Below are positions 39,154 to 49,917 of a stretch of DNA of 64,000 nt, piece by piece. The notes under the pieces are model-generated. The model was not told the origin of the DNA, did not search any database, and saw only the letters and a list, made by a program, of their open reading frames with translations. The DNA comes from Candidatus Bathyarchaeia archaeon (GTDB lineage Archaea > Thermoproteota > Bathyarchaeia > 40CM-2-53-6). The stretch covers positions 1 to 64,000 of the forward strand of contig JBEKSC010000002.1 of NCBI GenBank assembly GCA_049517415.1. Reading direction: 5' to 3'. Within the stretch, counting starts at the first letter, position 1. Every line of letters starts with the position of its first letter. Made by a program: the position numbers and the translations under genes.

Positions 39154-39579
39154 TTGTCGGGTGAGGAAATTGAAAGCCGCGTGCGAAACGGTTCGCTTGC
39201 CCTCACGCCTTTCGAACGGGTCTGCCTGAATGGAGGCGGTTACGACTTGCGCCTGGGAATGGAAGTGATCATTCCACCCGGAGAAAATCGCTTGGTAGCA
39301 ACCCTTGAGAGAGTTGAGTTGGGAGATGATATAGCTGGGACATTGCATCTTCGCTCCTCCCTTGCACGCAAGGGAATAATCGCCAGCCTAGCGTTGGTAG
39401 ACCCAGGCTTTCACGGGCAACTAACGATTTCTCTCTTCAACGGAGGAGAAGAATTATTCAAAATGAGTCGGAATGGCAAGTTCGTGCAACTCGTGCTACA
39501 TGAGCTTAGCAGCAAGACGAATTTTATGTACAGTGGGAAGTACCAAGATAGCCAAGGAATTGTAGATAGCCGCCCCTAG
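39154..39579 (+). CDS. dcd: dCTP deaminase/dUTPase family protein (short form)
   Basis: GYDLRLG, TLERV, LRSSLARKG, VDPGFHGQLT, YSGKYQ. Confidence 0.85.
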   Translation: MSGEEIESRVRNGSLALTPFERVCLNGGGYDLRLGMEVIIPPGENRLVATLERVELGDDIAGTLHLRSSLARKGIIASLALVDPGFHGQLTISLFNGGEELFKMSRNGKFVQLVLHELSSKTNFMYSGKYQDSQGIVDSRP

Positions 39580-39681
39580 GCACCCCACTCTTTGTGTCAA
39601 TACATGTCGAAAGTATTATTACCGGTGTGCATGAGCATGTGAATATCCCTACTTGTCAAATCGACTACAGAAGGCGGCATC

Positions 39682-40431
39682 TTGAAAGCAGGTTCACGTA
39701 TATCCGACCTAAAGTACAAGCTCATGACCATAGAGCTCCTCAACTTAGCGAAAAACTACTACACATACAGAGAACTCGCACAAATCATCGGACTCCCTGA
39801 GACCGTTCTAAGCAGATACGTAAAGGGCCACGTGCTACCGACGATAGATCGAGCGCAGAACATCAACAGAACCCTACAGAAAATAATGCGTCTCGAAGGG
39901 GAGATTCAGCAAAGAATCCGTTTCGACGAATCTGGATACTTCGACAACACTAAACTCATCTCAGACACACTGCTCCTCGAACGTGCAGTTCAACATGCCG
40001 TAAACGCATTCGCTGGCATGCGCATTACAAAGATCCTTGCGGCAGCCGTTGACGGTGTACCGTTGGCGGCGCTTCTCGCACACAGGCTTGGTGTTGGCCT
40101 CATAATCGCAAAGAAAACTAGGGAAGTGGGAGTACGAGAGTTCATTGAAGAAGTCTACATCCCCAACAGGACTGCAATAATGGTCAGTCTATATGTCCCA
40201 CGAGACGCGCTAAGAAAAGGGGATTGCGTACTCATAGTGGACGATGTCATCGATAGCGGCGAAACACAGATTGCATTAACCCGAATCGTTCAGAAAGCCA
40301 AAGCAGAAGTCACAGGCATGTATGCTCTCATCAGTACGGGTTCAGAGTGGAAGAGCAGGATCGAAGCAGTCACTCATTGCCCAGTAGAAATCGTTTTGCA
40401 AGTGGGCAAGAAACCACTACAAGAAGTCTGA
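39682..40431 (+). CDS. HTH-phosphoribosyltransferase fusion (archaeal PurR/Apt-like)
   Basis: TYRELA...VLSRYVKGHVLP HTH; VLIVDDVIDSGET PRPP loop. Confidence 0.88.
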   Translation: MKAGSRISDLKYKLMTIELLNLAKNYYTYRELAQIIGLPETVLSRYVKGHVLPTIDRAQNINRTLQKIMRLEGEIQQRIRFDESGYFDNTKLISDTLLLERAVQHAVNAFAGMRITKILAAAVDGVPLAALLAHRLGVGLIIAKKTREVGVREFIEEVYIPNRTAIMVSLYVPRDALRKGDCVLIVDDVIDSGETQIALTRIVQKAKAEVTGMYALISTGSEWKSRIEAVTHCPVEIVLQVGKKPLQEV

Positions 40432-40472
40432 ACAAAGTTCGGACTTCGCTCGGCAACCAGCCCAGTTACGAC

Positions 40473-41564
40473 TCAATTTGCACCTCCAAAGCGGGAAATA
40501 TTAGAATACCCAGTTGTCGAGTGAACCCGCTGGCTTTCATGCGCCGACAACTTAGCTTCTAGGCTATCCCGAGTTAGCAGGCCTTTTTCTGTGATGAAAC
40601 CTGTTACAAGCTCGACTGGTGTGAGGTCAAATGCGGGGTTGAAGACTGGAACACCTTTCGGTACAATTCGTTTTCCTCCTATGTGAGTGACTTCTTGCGG
40701 GCTCCTTTCCTCGATTCTTACCTCAGACTGCTCGGTCTTAAGGTCGAAGGTTGAGGAGGGTGCAACAACGTAGAACGGAATCTGGTTTGCTTTCGCTGCC
40801 AGCGAAATAAGATAGGTACCAACCTTATTGGCGACGAACCTCTTTGTGATTCTGTCCGCACCTACGAAGACGCTTTGTACCATGCCCCTACTCATCACGT
40901 ATCCAGCGGCCCCGTCAACAATTAGTGTCACAGGGATTCCGTCCCGGAGAAGTTCGTAGGTCGTTAATTTTGCTCCCTGGAGCCTAGGCCGCGTTTCAGT
41001 AGCAATCACACGAACTCTTTTGCCCTGCCCGATCGCTGTGCGAATCGGAGCGATGGCTGTGCCGTAACTGACAGTCGCGAGCGTTCCAGTATTACAGTGG
41101 GTTAGGACTTGATCGCCGTCGTTAATCAGTCCGGCGCCATATTCGCCGATTTTTCGGCTTGCCTGAACATCTTCCTCAGCCATTTTCTGAGCCTCGGCGA
41201 CGATGTGAGATGCTACTTCGTTCGGTCCCCCCGCTGTTTGTCGAGCTTCTCGAAGGATTCTATCAATAGCCCAGAACAGGTTCCTTGCTGTTGGGCGACT
41301 CTTTCGAAGTGCTTCCGCCGCTGTTTCAAGGTCCTGCATGAAATGTTCTTTGTCTTTCGTTCTGCTCGCGTTGGCGGCGAGGGCGAGCCCCATGGCCGCG
41401 GCGATGCCTATTGCCGGAGCACCTCGGACAGTCATTTCTCTTATGGCCTTGGCAACCTGGCGGTAATCTTTGAAGGATACGTAGGCAAACTTGTAGGGTA
41501 ATCTTGTTTGGTCTATCATTCTCACTCGGCCGCCAACCCACTCGACTGTTCTTAGTTCGGACAT
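40473..41564 (-). CDS. mtnA: S-methyl-5-thioribose-1-phosphate isomerase
   Basis: DQTRLP, VRGAPAIG, RPTA, THCNTG, ETRPRLQG, NPAFDLTP. Confidence 0.92.
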   Translation of the reverse strand: MSELRTVEWVGGRVRMIDQTRLPYKFAYVSFKDYRQVAKAIREMTVRGAPAIGIAAAMGLALAANASRTKDKEHFMQDLETAAEALRKSRPTARNLFWAIDRILREARQTAGGPNEVASHIVAEAQKMAEEDVQASRKIGEYGAGLINDGDQVLTHCNTGTLATVSYGTAIAPIRTAIGQGKRVRVIATETRPRLQGAKLTTYELLRDGIPVTLIVDGAAGYVMSRGMVQSVFVGADRITKRFVANKVGTYLISLAAKANQIPFYVVAPSSTFDLKTEQSEVRIEERSPQEVTHIGGKRIVPKGVPVFNPAFDLTPVELVTGFITEKGLLTRDSLEAKLSAHESQRVHSTTGYSNISRFGGAN

Positions 41565-41772
41565 CGGCCGCAAGTAATCCACCTGTTGACGAGAATGGTC
41601 GTGCGCGTTGAATTAGCTTTCCCATGCGAATCAATACCATGACTCTTTGCGAGGTTCAATTTCAAAGAAGTTCTGTTTGGGGATGCTTACGGAGTGAATT
41701 ATCGCTCGCTGGTGCTCTTGGTCGCAAAAGCATTAAGGGATGATGTACCAGCGGTGAGTCGAGTGCCCTTTC

Positions 41773-42336
41773 ATGGAGAACAACCTCGGCTCAACACCTC
41801 AAGCTCCCGCGCAGGTCCAAGAAAAACCGCCGTTTACCCCTTGGAACGCGGTGTCCGGTCCGCGTTTGGTATACATACCCTATAAATCTGAACTCATGGA
41901 GTTAAGGGACCGAGGATTTGGCGACCTCCGGAAGGACAAGCTTGTCCTTTCTCCGTACGAATCATTCTATCTTCTAGAGAAACAGAAGATTAGAGTGTTT
42001 GCCAAGGATGCAGGCCGGGAGTTGGAGCTTCGAGACTTAGTCCAGAAGTATTCAGTTGACAAACCCGAGATCTGGATCAAGTACTTGGTGTACCGTGACC
42101 TACGGGAGCGTGGGTACATAGTCCGTGAGTCCACTAGGGCCTTCGATTTTGACATTTACGGAAAAGGGCCGCTGAGGCGTTTAATCTCAATCGTATACGA
42201 AGGCGGCGAAGCGAGCCTTCGTAAATTAAGTAAACTGCTTCAATATTCTGACAAAGAGAAGAAGGAGTTGATACTAGCCGTCGTTGATAGGCGGACCGAT
42301 ATTGTGTACTATACGTTGAGTTCGTTGAATGTCTAA
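41773..42336 (+). CDS. endA: tRNA splicing endonuclease subunit, probably structural (beta)
   Basis: LSPYESFYL, YLVYRDLRERGY, LILAVVD...IVYY; the catalytic His after DFxxY is not evident. Confidence 0.85.
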   Translation: MENNLGSTPQAPAQVQEKPPFTPWNAVSGPRLVYIPYKSELMELRDRGFGDLRKDKLVLSPYESFYLLEKQKIRVFAKDAGRELELRDLVQKYSVDKPEIWIKYLVYRDLRERGYIVRESTRAFDFDIYGKGPLRRLISIVYEGGEASLRKLSKLLQYSDKEKKELILAVVDRRTDIVYYTLSSLNV

Positions 42337-42352
42337 CAACAGTTATTGTAGC

Positions 42353-42913
42353 CTACTGGGGCTGCCGCGCGTTGCAGTGGGGACAAATAAGTTCCCCACC
42401 TTGTAGCTGAGCACCGCACTGGACGCAGTACTTGACCTGAGCTACTCCTGTCCCGGGCTGGAGGATTGGTTGTGGTATGACAGCTTCGGCGCCACGATGG
42501 CGGATGGTTCCTCCTAGGGCTCCGCCGAAGGCACCAGCAACCAGATTTGTTAGCAAGATGAAAATGACTGCTTCCTGCAACTGCGATAACGGGGGGGTCG
42601 GCGTGTTTGGGATCGGTATTACTTCGAAGATTAGGAAGATTTGGGAGACGCCAAGGAAGAATGGTGCGTTGAGAATTCCTGCAAGGGCACCAGCCGCTGC
42701 TGCCTGACCAACCCTGCCGTAAAGAACGTATGCAGCGACAATTCCTCCAACGACTGCCCCTATCACTGTCGAGAATTGCAAATCAGTGATGCTTAAAACC
42801 GCGGATAGAAATCCGCCTACAATCAGGCCGCTCAACGTTGCAGCCCAGAGGTCTTTGCTTTTGGTGGACAAAGTAGTTCGAATTGCCAGAATTCCCGCTT
42901 CGCTATAAAGCAT
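42353..42913 (-). CDS. Gly-rich membrane protein with C-terminal zinc ribbon
   Basis: several TM segments; YCVQCG...CPHC. Confidence 0.7.
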   Translation of the reverse strand: MLYSEAGILAIRTTLSTKSKDLWAATLSGLIVGGFLSAVLSITDLQFSTVIGAVVGGIVAAYVLYGRVGQAAAAGALAGILNAPFFLGVSQIFLIFEVIPIPNTPTPPLSQLQEAVIFILLTNLVAGAFGGALGGTIRHRGAEAVIPQPILQPGTGVAQVKYCVQCGAQLQGGELICPHCNARQPQ

Positions 42914-42992
42914 TGTACCTTCGATGTCTCGAATTTAACTCACAACATTATAGGAGAGGCTCTCGCTACTGCGAAGGCTAGCGTGTTGAAAC

Positions 42993-44306
42993 TTGACCGC
43001 AAAAGCGTTCACGCTCCCGCGGGGCATTAGAGATACGGACTCAGTGGAGATGAATCAAAGGCTTTGGCTCTATGGTAAGATACGTGATGTGGTCCGCAGA
43101 TACGGGTTCCAAATGGTTGAACCTGCAACGATTGAGAACCTCAATACTCTTGAAGCCAAGAGTGGCCCAGCGATACGGAATGAGATTTACTGGTTCAAGG
43201 ATAAGGGCGGGAGAAGCCTTGGCCTTCGCTTCGACCTCACCGTCGGCATAGCAAGGATGGTCGCGAACCGATCCGACCTACCCGAGCCTATGAAATTCGC
43301 CACAATTGGCGGGAACTGGCGCTATGATGAGCCACAATACGGGAGATATCGCTACTTCACCCAATGGGACGTAGAAATCTTCGGCTCAGAAAGTCCTTTG
43401 GCAGATGCAGAGGTGATCTGTGTCGGGGCAGACATCCTAAGCAGCGTCGGGTTGAAAGACTGCATTATCAGAATTAGCAACAGGAAACTCACAGAAGCTT
43501 ACCTCAAGCAATTGGGCATCAAATCGGGCAAGAGACTGGATCAGTGCCTTAGGATCATCGATAAGCTCAGAAAGGCTAACCGCGAGCAACTGGAAAAAGA
43601 GTTCCAAGCTGCTAAGATCGGGAAAGAAGCAGTAAAGGAAATTTTCTCGTTCATCTCCCTGAACGGGTCTCCAGCAAGTGTCCTTGCGAAGCTGAACAGT
43701 TTCACTTTCACTGAAGAGAATGCCAAGAAAGGTTTGGAGGAGTTGACGAATCTAGCAGACGCCCTAGCATCATTAGGGCGTTTAGGGATCTGTGTATATG
43801 ACCTTAGCATAGTGCGCGGAATTGGATACTACGACGGAATTGTCTTCGAAGCTTTCGATAAGGGTGGGGAAGGCGTTGGCTCAATCTTCGGTGGCGGGAG
43901 ATACGACCGGTTGTGCAGAATATATGGAAAGCGTGACATACCAGCAACCGGCGTGGCGGGTGGGATCGAGCGCCTAATGATTTCACTGGAACGAGACAAC
44001 CTGTTTCCGAAGGGCCCTATGGGTGCCAAGGTCTTCATCGCTACGGTCCAAGAAGGCCTCAAGCACGAAGCAACGAAGCTGGCACAAAAGCTTCGAGATA
44101 ACGGAATCGCAACCGAGGTTGACTTGAAGACACGCCCTTTGGGCAAGCAGTTAGAATACGCGAACGCAGCTAAGATCCCATTCTTGATAGTGCTCGGCCC
44201 ACAGGAACTTCAAACCCAAACCGTCAAAGTTAAGGAAATGGCCACTCGAAACGAGATGCCCGTACCCCTCGACGCTCTTGTGGAAAAGCTCCAGTCTTTG
44301 AATTAG
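42993..44306 (+). CDS. hisS: histidyl-tRNA synthetase
   Basis: PRGIRD, LRFDLT, WRYDEPQYGRYRYFTQ, RGIGYYDG, GGGRYD, GIER. Confidence 0.96.
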   Translation: MTAKAFTLPRGIRDTDSVEMNQRLWLYGKIRDVVRRYGFQMVEPATIENLNTLEAKSGPAIRNEIYWFKDKGGRSLGLRFDLTVGIARMVANRSDLPEPMKFATIGGNWRYDEPQYGRYRYFTQWDVEIFGSESPLADAEVICVGADILSSVGLKDCIIRISNRKLTEAYLKQLGIKSGKRLDQCLRIIDKLRKANREQLEKEFQAAKIGKEAVKEIFSFISLNGSPASVLAKLNSFTFTEENAKKGLEELTNLADALASLGRLGICVYDLSIVRGIGYYDGIVFEAFDKGGEGVGSIFGGGRYDRLCRIYGKRDIPATGVAGGIERLMISLERDNLFPKGPMGAKVFIATVQEGLKHEATKLAQKLRDNGIATEVDLKTRPLGKQLEYANAAKIPFLIVLGPQELQTQTVKVKEMATRNEMPVPLDALVEKLQSLN

Positions 44307-44731
44307 TCGCCGCCGATGAAGACTTCTTTCTCATTGGACTGCAAGATTGCAGTTAGAGTTGCCCGTTCACCGACTAAATCTCGCATTGAAACAACTCCAA
44401 TTGGTTTCCCCTGCTCATCGACCACTACGACGTGTCTTATCCTATTCTTGTTCATCGCTTTGGCCGCCTCAGCCACGTCCGAGCTGGCTTTTGCGGTAAT
44501 AACATGTTTCGTACTCACTTCGTCCACTGCTGCGTTCAGCGTTTTTCCCGATGCTATGGCTTTCATTATGTCCCTTTCCGAGATTACGCCGACGAGTTTT
44601 GTTCCTTCTTTTGCGTCGCATATGACTAGGAGGCCCATGTTGTTGTCCACCATGAGTTTTGCTGCGTCGAGCATTGTCGTGCCCGAGGGAATCGCGACTA
44701 TAGGCCGTTGCAGAATATGCTCAAGCTTCAT
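44303..44731 (-). CDS. CBS domain pair protein
   Basis: GVISERDI, IRHVVVVD..GVVSMRDL. Confidence 0.9.
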   Translation of the reverse strand: MKLEHILQRPIVAIPSGTTMLDAAKLMVDNNMGLLVICDAKEGTKLVGVISERDIMKAIASGKTLNAAVDEVSTKHVITAKASSDVAEAAKAMNKNRIRHVVVVDEQGKPIGVVSMRDLVGERATLTAILQSNEKEVFIGGD

Positions 44732-45903
44732 GCTTGCTGATCCTCCTCTCTACCAAGCCTGGAACCCATCGGAGTATAAGGTAAACCTGTTTTCCCGATG
44801 TAGAGAGCTTTAGGTCGAATCAGCCTGTTAGCTTTCAAGTATTCAATTGAGTGCGCCGTCCAACCTGCAATTCTGCTCATCGCGAAGATCGGCGTGAACA
44901 GGTCAGTAGGGATTCCCAATATGTGGAAGACAATACCCGAGTATGAGTCAACGTTCGGAAAAATCGGTAAACCTGCAAGGTGTTTAAGGGCGCTGGCCTC
45001 AATCGCGCTGGCGGTATCAAATAACTTAGTCTGATTCCGCTTTACTGCAAGTTCCCCACCGAGTTTCTTGAGAATAACGTACCTGGGATCCCAAGTCTTG
45101 TACACTCGATGGCCAAAGCCCATGATCTTTTTCTTTTGAGCCAGAGCTTCAACAACATAGCCTTCAGCTCTGGAAGGGTCACCAACCTCGATGACCGTTT
45201 GGAGAGCAACCTCATTTGCCCCGCCGTGAAGAGGCCCCCTCAATGTCGCAATACCAGAGGTAATTATGGAGTACATGTCAGCCAAGGTTGAAGCCGTCAC
45301 CGTGCATGAGAAGGTTGATGCGTTCATTTCATGTTCCGCGTGGAGGATCAGAGCGACGTCCATGACATGGGCATCATATGGATCAGGCTCTTTCCCCGTC
45401 AGCATGTATAGGAAGTCTGCAGCGTGGCTCAAACCCTGCTTGGGTAAAACAGGGTCCTTTCGGTTTCTGATTCGGTCAAATGCTGCAATGATCGCTGGCG
45501 TTCTCGCTAAAATTCTGAGCGCCTTGTCGACTCGACCCTCGATGCTATCCGTCGTTGGTTGGGGGTCGTACAAGCCGAGGGCTGAAACTGATGTTCGCAA
45601 AACGTCCATCGGATCGCCTTTGATGGGAAGTGACAGAATTAATTGTGATATCTCAGGTTCAAGGGATCGATAAGATTCGATTCGCCCATTGAATTCTGCC
45701 AACTGGGATTTTGTTGGAAGCCAGCCGTATATTAGAAGGTAGGCAGTTTCCTCGAAGGTAGCATGCTCAGCCAAGTCTTCGATGCTGTAGCCTCTGTAGA
45801 AGAGTTTGCTGGCCTCACCATCAATGAAGCAGATCTTACTCTCCTTCACGTACACGTTGTCGAGCCCTTTGTGGATGACGACGGGTTCTCTTACGAGAGA
45901 CAA
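44728..45903 (-). CDS. gltA: citrate synthase
   Basis: LHAEHEMNAST, GPLHGGANE, MGFGHRVYK, PNVD. Confidence 0.95.
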   Translation of the reverse strand: MSLVREPVVIHKGLDNVYVKESKICFIDGEASKLFYRGYSIEDLAEHATFEETAYLLIYGWLPTKSQLAEFNGRIESYRSLEPEISQLILSLPIKGDPMDVLRTSVSALGLYDPQPTTDSIEGRVDKALRILARTPAIIAAFDRIRNRKDPVLPKQGLSHAADFLYMLTGKEPDPYDAHVMDVALILHAEHEMNASTFSCTVTASTLADMYSIITSGIATLRGPLHGGANEVALQTVIEVGDPSRAEGYVVEALAQKKKIMGFGHRVYKTWDPRYVILKKLGGELAVKRNQTKLFDTASAIEASALKHLAGLPIFPNVDSYSGIVFHILGIPTDLFTPIFAMSRIAGWTAHSIEYLKANRLIRPKALYIGKTGLPYTPMGSRLGREEDQQA

Positions 45904-45993
45904 TCTGACCTGAACGGGCTCCCACGAGGTTCTTTATACAAATTGCCCAGTACAGACAAGGGAGCCTTGAGGAGCCTTTGAGTGATTCAATGG

Positions 45994-46854
45994 TTAGACG
46001 ATGCTGATTGTGCCGTCTCCAGTGAACCAAAAGGGCGGACTGTAGACCGAATCAAGAGGATCGCTCGATTCCAACCTGCTGAAGGGCGAGACGGTATTGT
46101 ATACGGAAGCGAATACGGAATTGCCGCTTGCTAGGTAGTAGAACAGAGCGCCAGTCAAGTCGTCGATTTGTCCGAAAGCGAGGGTGATGCGTCCATTGCA
46201 AGAGATTACAGCCTTAACGCCTGCATTAATGAAATAGCTGGCAATGAGGACTGAATTTGATGACATCAACACTACCAATTTGACGTTCTCTAGAGAATCC
46301 GCCTGCAAATGTTCGCTCAGGAATTGAATACTAATGCCGAGGATTCCAGCATTCTGATTAACTCGCCCCTGCTCGAAGTCATCCGCGTATTTCCGTTCGG
46401 CAGCTAGATTGACGGTCTGTCCGACGTACCAGTAAGTTCTGTGTGCGAATGAATACGTATTCGTGCGCCAGACGATCACATCGTAGTTGTTCAGTTGAGT
46501 CGTGAGGAAGTCAAGTGTCACAGCAGAGCTGGAAAGGAAACTCACTTGATACCCAACGTGAGCTAAATCGTATTTGAGCGTCGTGGCATAGTAGCCCATA
46601 GGGGCTAGTGCATCGAGCGAAGAGAGGATCACGGCCTTGCGCTCTGGTTGGGCCTGAACCGGCGCGATCGCTACCAACGCCAATGAAACTAGGACCAACA
46701 TAAACGCAGCATGTAACCTTCGTTGCAAATTCCTACAGCTACGCGGCCACGAAGGATTCTGTGAGATAAAAGGTGCCTTAGCCAAGTGACAAATGCAAGT
46801 AAAAGACATGCCATAATTCTTTCCGGAGTTACTTCTAGAATGCAAGAACGCCAT
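45994..46854 (-). CDS. hypothetical secreted alpha/beta protein
   Basis: signal-like segment MLVLVSLALVAIAPVQA; real start likely downstream of 46854. Confidence 0.6.
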   Translation of the reverse strand: MAFLHSRSNSGKNYGMSFTCICHLAKAPFISQNPSWPRSCRNLQRRLHAAFMLVLVSLALVAIAPVQAQPERKAVILSSLDALAPMGYYATTLKYDLAHVGYQVSFLSSSAVTLDFLTTQLNNYDVIVWRTNTYSFAHRTYWYVGQTVNLAAERKYADDFEQGRVNQNAGILGISIQFLSEHLQADSLENVKLVVLMSSNSVLIASYFINAGVKAVISCNGRITLAFGQIDDLTGALFYYLASGNSVFASVYNTVSPFSRLESSDPLDSVYSPPFWFTGDGTISIV

Positions 46855-47253
46855 GGACGCGAGTACGACAATGCCTTCAGTTTGCCATCCGCTTTCCAGT
46901 CATTTCTCATTGCAAGGCCGCCATCGCGGCCAGAACGGTTTCTTGCCATTATCGTCTCTTGGGATAAATGTGAAATTCACTTACTGAAACGAATAAGCAA
47001 TAGCCGGATCACGACTAGGATGCTTCGCGAAAAATCGTGTCCCATGCGAGGTTGAATGTTCCAAAACACCAGTAAGCTGCTCCGTAGGCGTTGCTTAAGT
47101 AGGCTCCTCAAAAAGTGCAAATCAAACCGCCGAGGCATTTCCATCTCCATAGAATGGAGACATGGTGTTTCGGATTATGATTAATGGGTGCCCCTCCATT
47201 AGACTGAAACATTAATATACGTAAAATGGTACACCAGTGTTTCGGCGCCCGAC

Positions 47254-47733
47254 ATGTCCCAAGCTTTCACAACGAAACCCCTTACCACAGACAACGAGAT
47301 ACTTTGGGCAACCTTCACGCATGACCAAAGCCTCTTCAACGCCCCTCGACTCACAATAGTGCTACCAAACCACTTAACAGACCTAAGCCTGAACCTCGAA
47401 AAGCTCTCAAAGAAAATAACCGGCCGCATACCACTAATCGTCGGGGACTTCCTCGACAACCTGCTTTCTGTTTCATCGGCTCCAGCAGGGCTCTACTCCT
47501 TCCTTTGCAAACTCTTCACGGGAATTGGAACAAACGGGCAGACCGGTTTCTTCCTAGCGACAGAGGATATGCACGACTCAAAGAAAACTGCGATTCTCAA
47601 GAGATTCGCTGACGTTGTCATCGAATACCGGGCAATACAAGAAATAGCCAACTACCGGCTTGAGGCTCGAATCCTCGACCAAGCACAAAACCATTACAGT
47701 ACATGGGACAGCAGCGAAAACTCGGATTCATAA
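47254..47733 (+). CDS. RecA/KaiC-like ATPase-fold protein lacking Walker A
   Basis: DLSLNLEK..LIVGDFLDNLL...EDMHD...LKRFADVVIEY. Confidence 0.55.
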   Translation: MSQAFTTKPLTTDNEILWATFTHDQSLFNAPRLTIVLPNHLTDLSLNLEKLSKKITGRIPLIVGDFLDNLLSVSSAPAGLYSFLCKLFTGIGTNGQTGFFLATEDMHDSKKTAILKRFADVVIEYRAIQEIANYRLEARILDQAQNHYSTWDSSENSDS

Positions 47734-47866
47734 TATGAAGACCAACCTTTCCTAAGCAACCAGCTCTCTAAGATCGGGCGCCAGCCAAACCTCCTCCGAA
47801 AGCCTATCCCGGCTTGTTCTGAAGCTCCAAGCGCATCCTGAAGCTTCGAGAGAACTTTTCGGCCAC

Positions 47867-49603
47867 TCACGCGGTTCTTATCGAGGCTGCTTCCTCCAAC
47901 CCTAGTTCCTTAGTCGAAATCTCTCGCATCTTGAATTTTTGGACCTTCCCCGTAACCGTCATGGGAAACGTTTCTGTGAACTTGAAATATGCTGGAACCT
48001 TGAAGTAGGCAATTCTAGTTTTGCAGAATTCCTGCAACTCCTCGGCAGTGGCTGTCTCGCCCGGTTTCAACTTAACCCAAGCCATAACCTCTTCTCCGTA
48101 CTTCCGACTGGGAATGCCGATTACCTGCACGTCAGAAATCTTAGGGTGTGTGTAGAGGAAATCTTCCACCTCCCTGGGGAAAACCTTCTCTCCACCCCGG
48201 CTAATCATGTCCTTCGTGCGCCCAACAATGTTCACATAACCATTCGGTTGCATGAGTGCGAGGTCCCCCGTATGCATCCACCCCTCCCGGTCAATGGCTT
48301 CCCGCGTGGCTTCCGGATTGCTCCAGTACTTCAGCATCACGAGGTAACCACGTACGCAAAGCTCGCCAGCTGTCCCACGTGGGACGGTACGGTTGGTTAG
48401 TGGTTCAATGACCCTTGCTTCGACATGTGGAAGTGGGCGGCCGACCGTTGATACTCGAAGTTCCAAGGGATCGTCGAGCCGGGTTTGAAATGAAACGGGG
48501 GATGTTTCCGTCATTCCATAACAAATTGTGATCTCACGTATGCCCATGTCCGAGATGACTTTCTTCATGACCTCGACGGGGCACGGCGAACCTGCCATGA
48601 CACCAGTTCTTAGGCTTGACAAGTCGAATTGGTTGAAGTTGGGATCGTTCAGTTCGGCTATGAACATTGTTGGTACGCCGTGAAGCGCCGTACACCTTTC
48701 TTCCTCCACGGTCCGGAGCACGGTTTCTGAGCTGAAGGCATCTGACGGAAGAACCATGGTGGCACCGTGGGTTACGCACGCGAGGTTTCCTAACACCATG
48801 CCAAAACAATGGTAGAAGGGGACTGGGATGCATAGTTTGTCGTGGTGGGTAAATTTCATTTCTTCTCCGACGAAGAAACCGTTATTCAAAATGCCGTAAT
48901 GGGTTAGGGTTGCGCCTTTAGGAAAACCGGTAGTTCCCGAAGTATATTGAATGTTAATGGCATCATAACACTCAAGCATCCTTTCTCTCTCCTTGAGTTC
49001 CCGTGGGGAGGAGTTCATTGTTCCGATTTCTAGAAAACGCTCCCAGGAAAGCATTGAAGGCGGAGAAGGCTCCCCCCCATCGCTGAGTGTTACGATTCGA
49101 CGTAGAGCAGGGACTCGAGCAGCCTTGATTTCTTGGCCAGCTCCTATCTTCGGGAGCTTTCTGATTTCAGGTGCCAGTTCTGTTATCATCCAATGGTAGT
49201 CCGAGGTTTTGAATTGTTTGGCCGTTATGAGGAGGCTTATCCCGGATTGGTTCAGCGCATACTCCAACTCTTGAACTCGGTATGCGGGATTGACGTTGAC
49301 TAGGATCGCCCCAACCTTTGCAGTAGCGAACTGGGTCAGAACCCATTCCGCATTATTTGGCGACCATATACCAACTCGGTCTCCCTTCTGTACGCCGAAA
49401 CCAAGAAGCGCTACGGCGAACTCATCCACCCGCTCCTTCAGTTGGGCGTAGGTCAATCTCAGGCCCTGATGCCTAGAAACGAGCGCTTCTGCATCCTCAT
49501 GCCCCGAAACGACCTCGTCGAAGAGACGCCCAACGGTCTTTTCGATGAGAGGTTTCTCCGTTGGGCCGTGTTCGTAGCTTGGCTCGGGCCCCTTTTCCTT
49601 CAT
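47867..49603 (-). CDS. AMP-binding acyl-CoA synthetase (ACSF2-like)
   Basis: [37 protein letters not shown]. Confidence 0.93.
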   Translation of the reverse strand: MKEKGPEPSYEHGPTEKPLIEKTVGRLFDEVVSGHEDAEALVSRHQGLRLTYAQLKERVDEFAVALLGFGVQKGDRVGIWSPNNAEWVLTQFATAKVGAILVNVNPAYRVQELEYALNQSGISLLITAKQFKTSDYHWMITELAPEIRKLPKIGAGQEIKAARVPALRRIVTLSDGGEPSPPSMLSWERFLEIGTMNSSPRELKERERMLECYDAINIQYTSGTTGFPKGATLTHYGILNNGFFVGEEMKFTHHDKLCIPVPFYHCFGMVLGNLACVTHGATMVLPSDAFSSETVLRTVEEERCTALHGVPTMFIAELNDPNFNQFDLSSLRTGVMAGSPCPVEVMKKVISDMGIREITICYGMTETSPVSFQTRLDDPLELRVSTVGRPLPHVEARVIEPLTNRTVPRGTAGELCVRGYLVMLKYWSNPEATREAIDREGWMHTGDLALMQPNGYVNIVGRTKDMISRGGEKVFPREVEDFLYTHPKISDVQVIGIPSRKYGEEVMAWVKLKPGETATAEELQEFCKTRIAYFKVPAYFKFTETFPMTVTGKVQKFKMREISTKELGLEEAASIRTA

Positions 49604-49678
49604 TTGCGGTCGCGTGCCGTTTGGGGCTTGGTGTGAAAGAATAATTCTTGGTACCTTTACTAATTATGGTAAAATTCA

Positions 49679-49827
49679 TGGCGGGCCCGCGGGGATTTGA
49701 ACCCCGGACCTCTGTACCAGTGCTGGGCTGGTTCTACAGCTTTTTCCGGTGTTCCTTAGGGGGTTCGGCAACAAATTCCGCTTTATGTGCGGAGCCTGCC
49801 GCTCTATCCAACCTGAGCTACGGGCCC
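49679..49827 (-). tRNA. tRNA-Arg(CCU) with three introns (30/31, 37/38, 45/46); C at position 33
   Basis: introns 49764-49795, 49742-49756, 49710-49733; spliced arm GCAGC CCCCTAA GCTGT AGGTC; 78 nt mature. Confidence 0.85.
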
Positions 49828-49882
49828 AAGGGTGGAACGCGGCGGGTAAAGTAAAAGGATTAAGGCGCAGCGATTCGAAGAA

Positions 49883-49890
49883 GTTTAAAG
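49883..49890 (+). promoter_or_regulatory. TATA box of tRNA-Leu in the divergent tRNA promoter region
   Basis: TTTAAAG preceded by a purine-rich BRE-like stretch, about 30 nt before 49918. Confidence 0.6.
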
Positions 49891-49917
49891 AACCAATCGG
49901 ATTTCCTTTGTCTCTGT

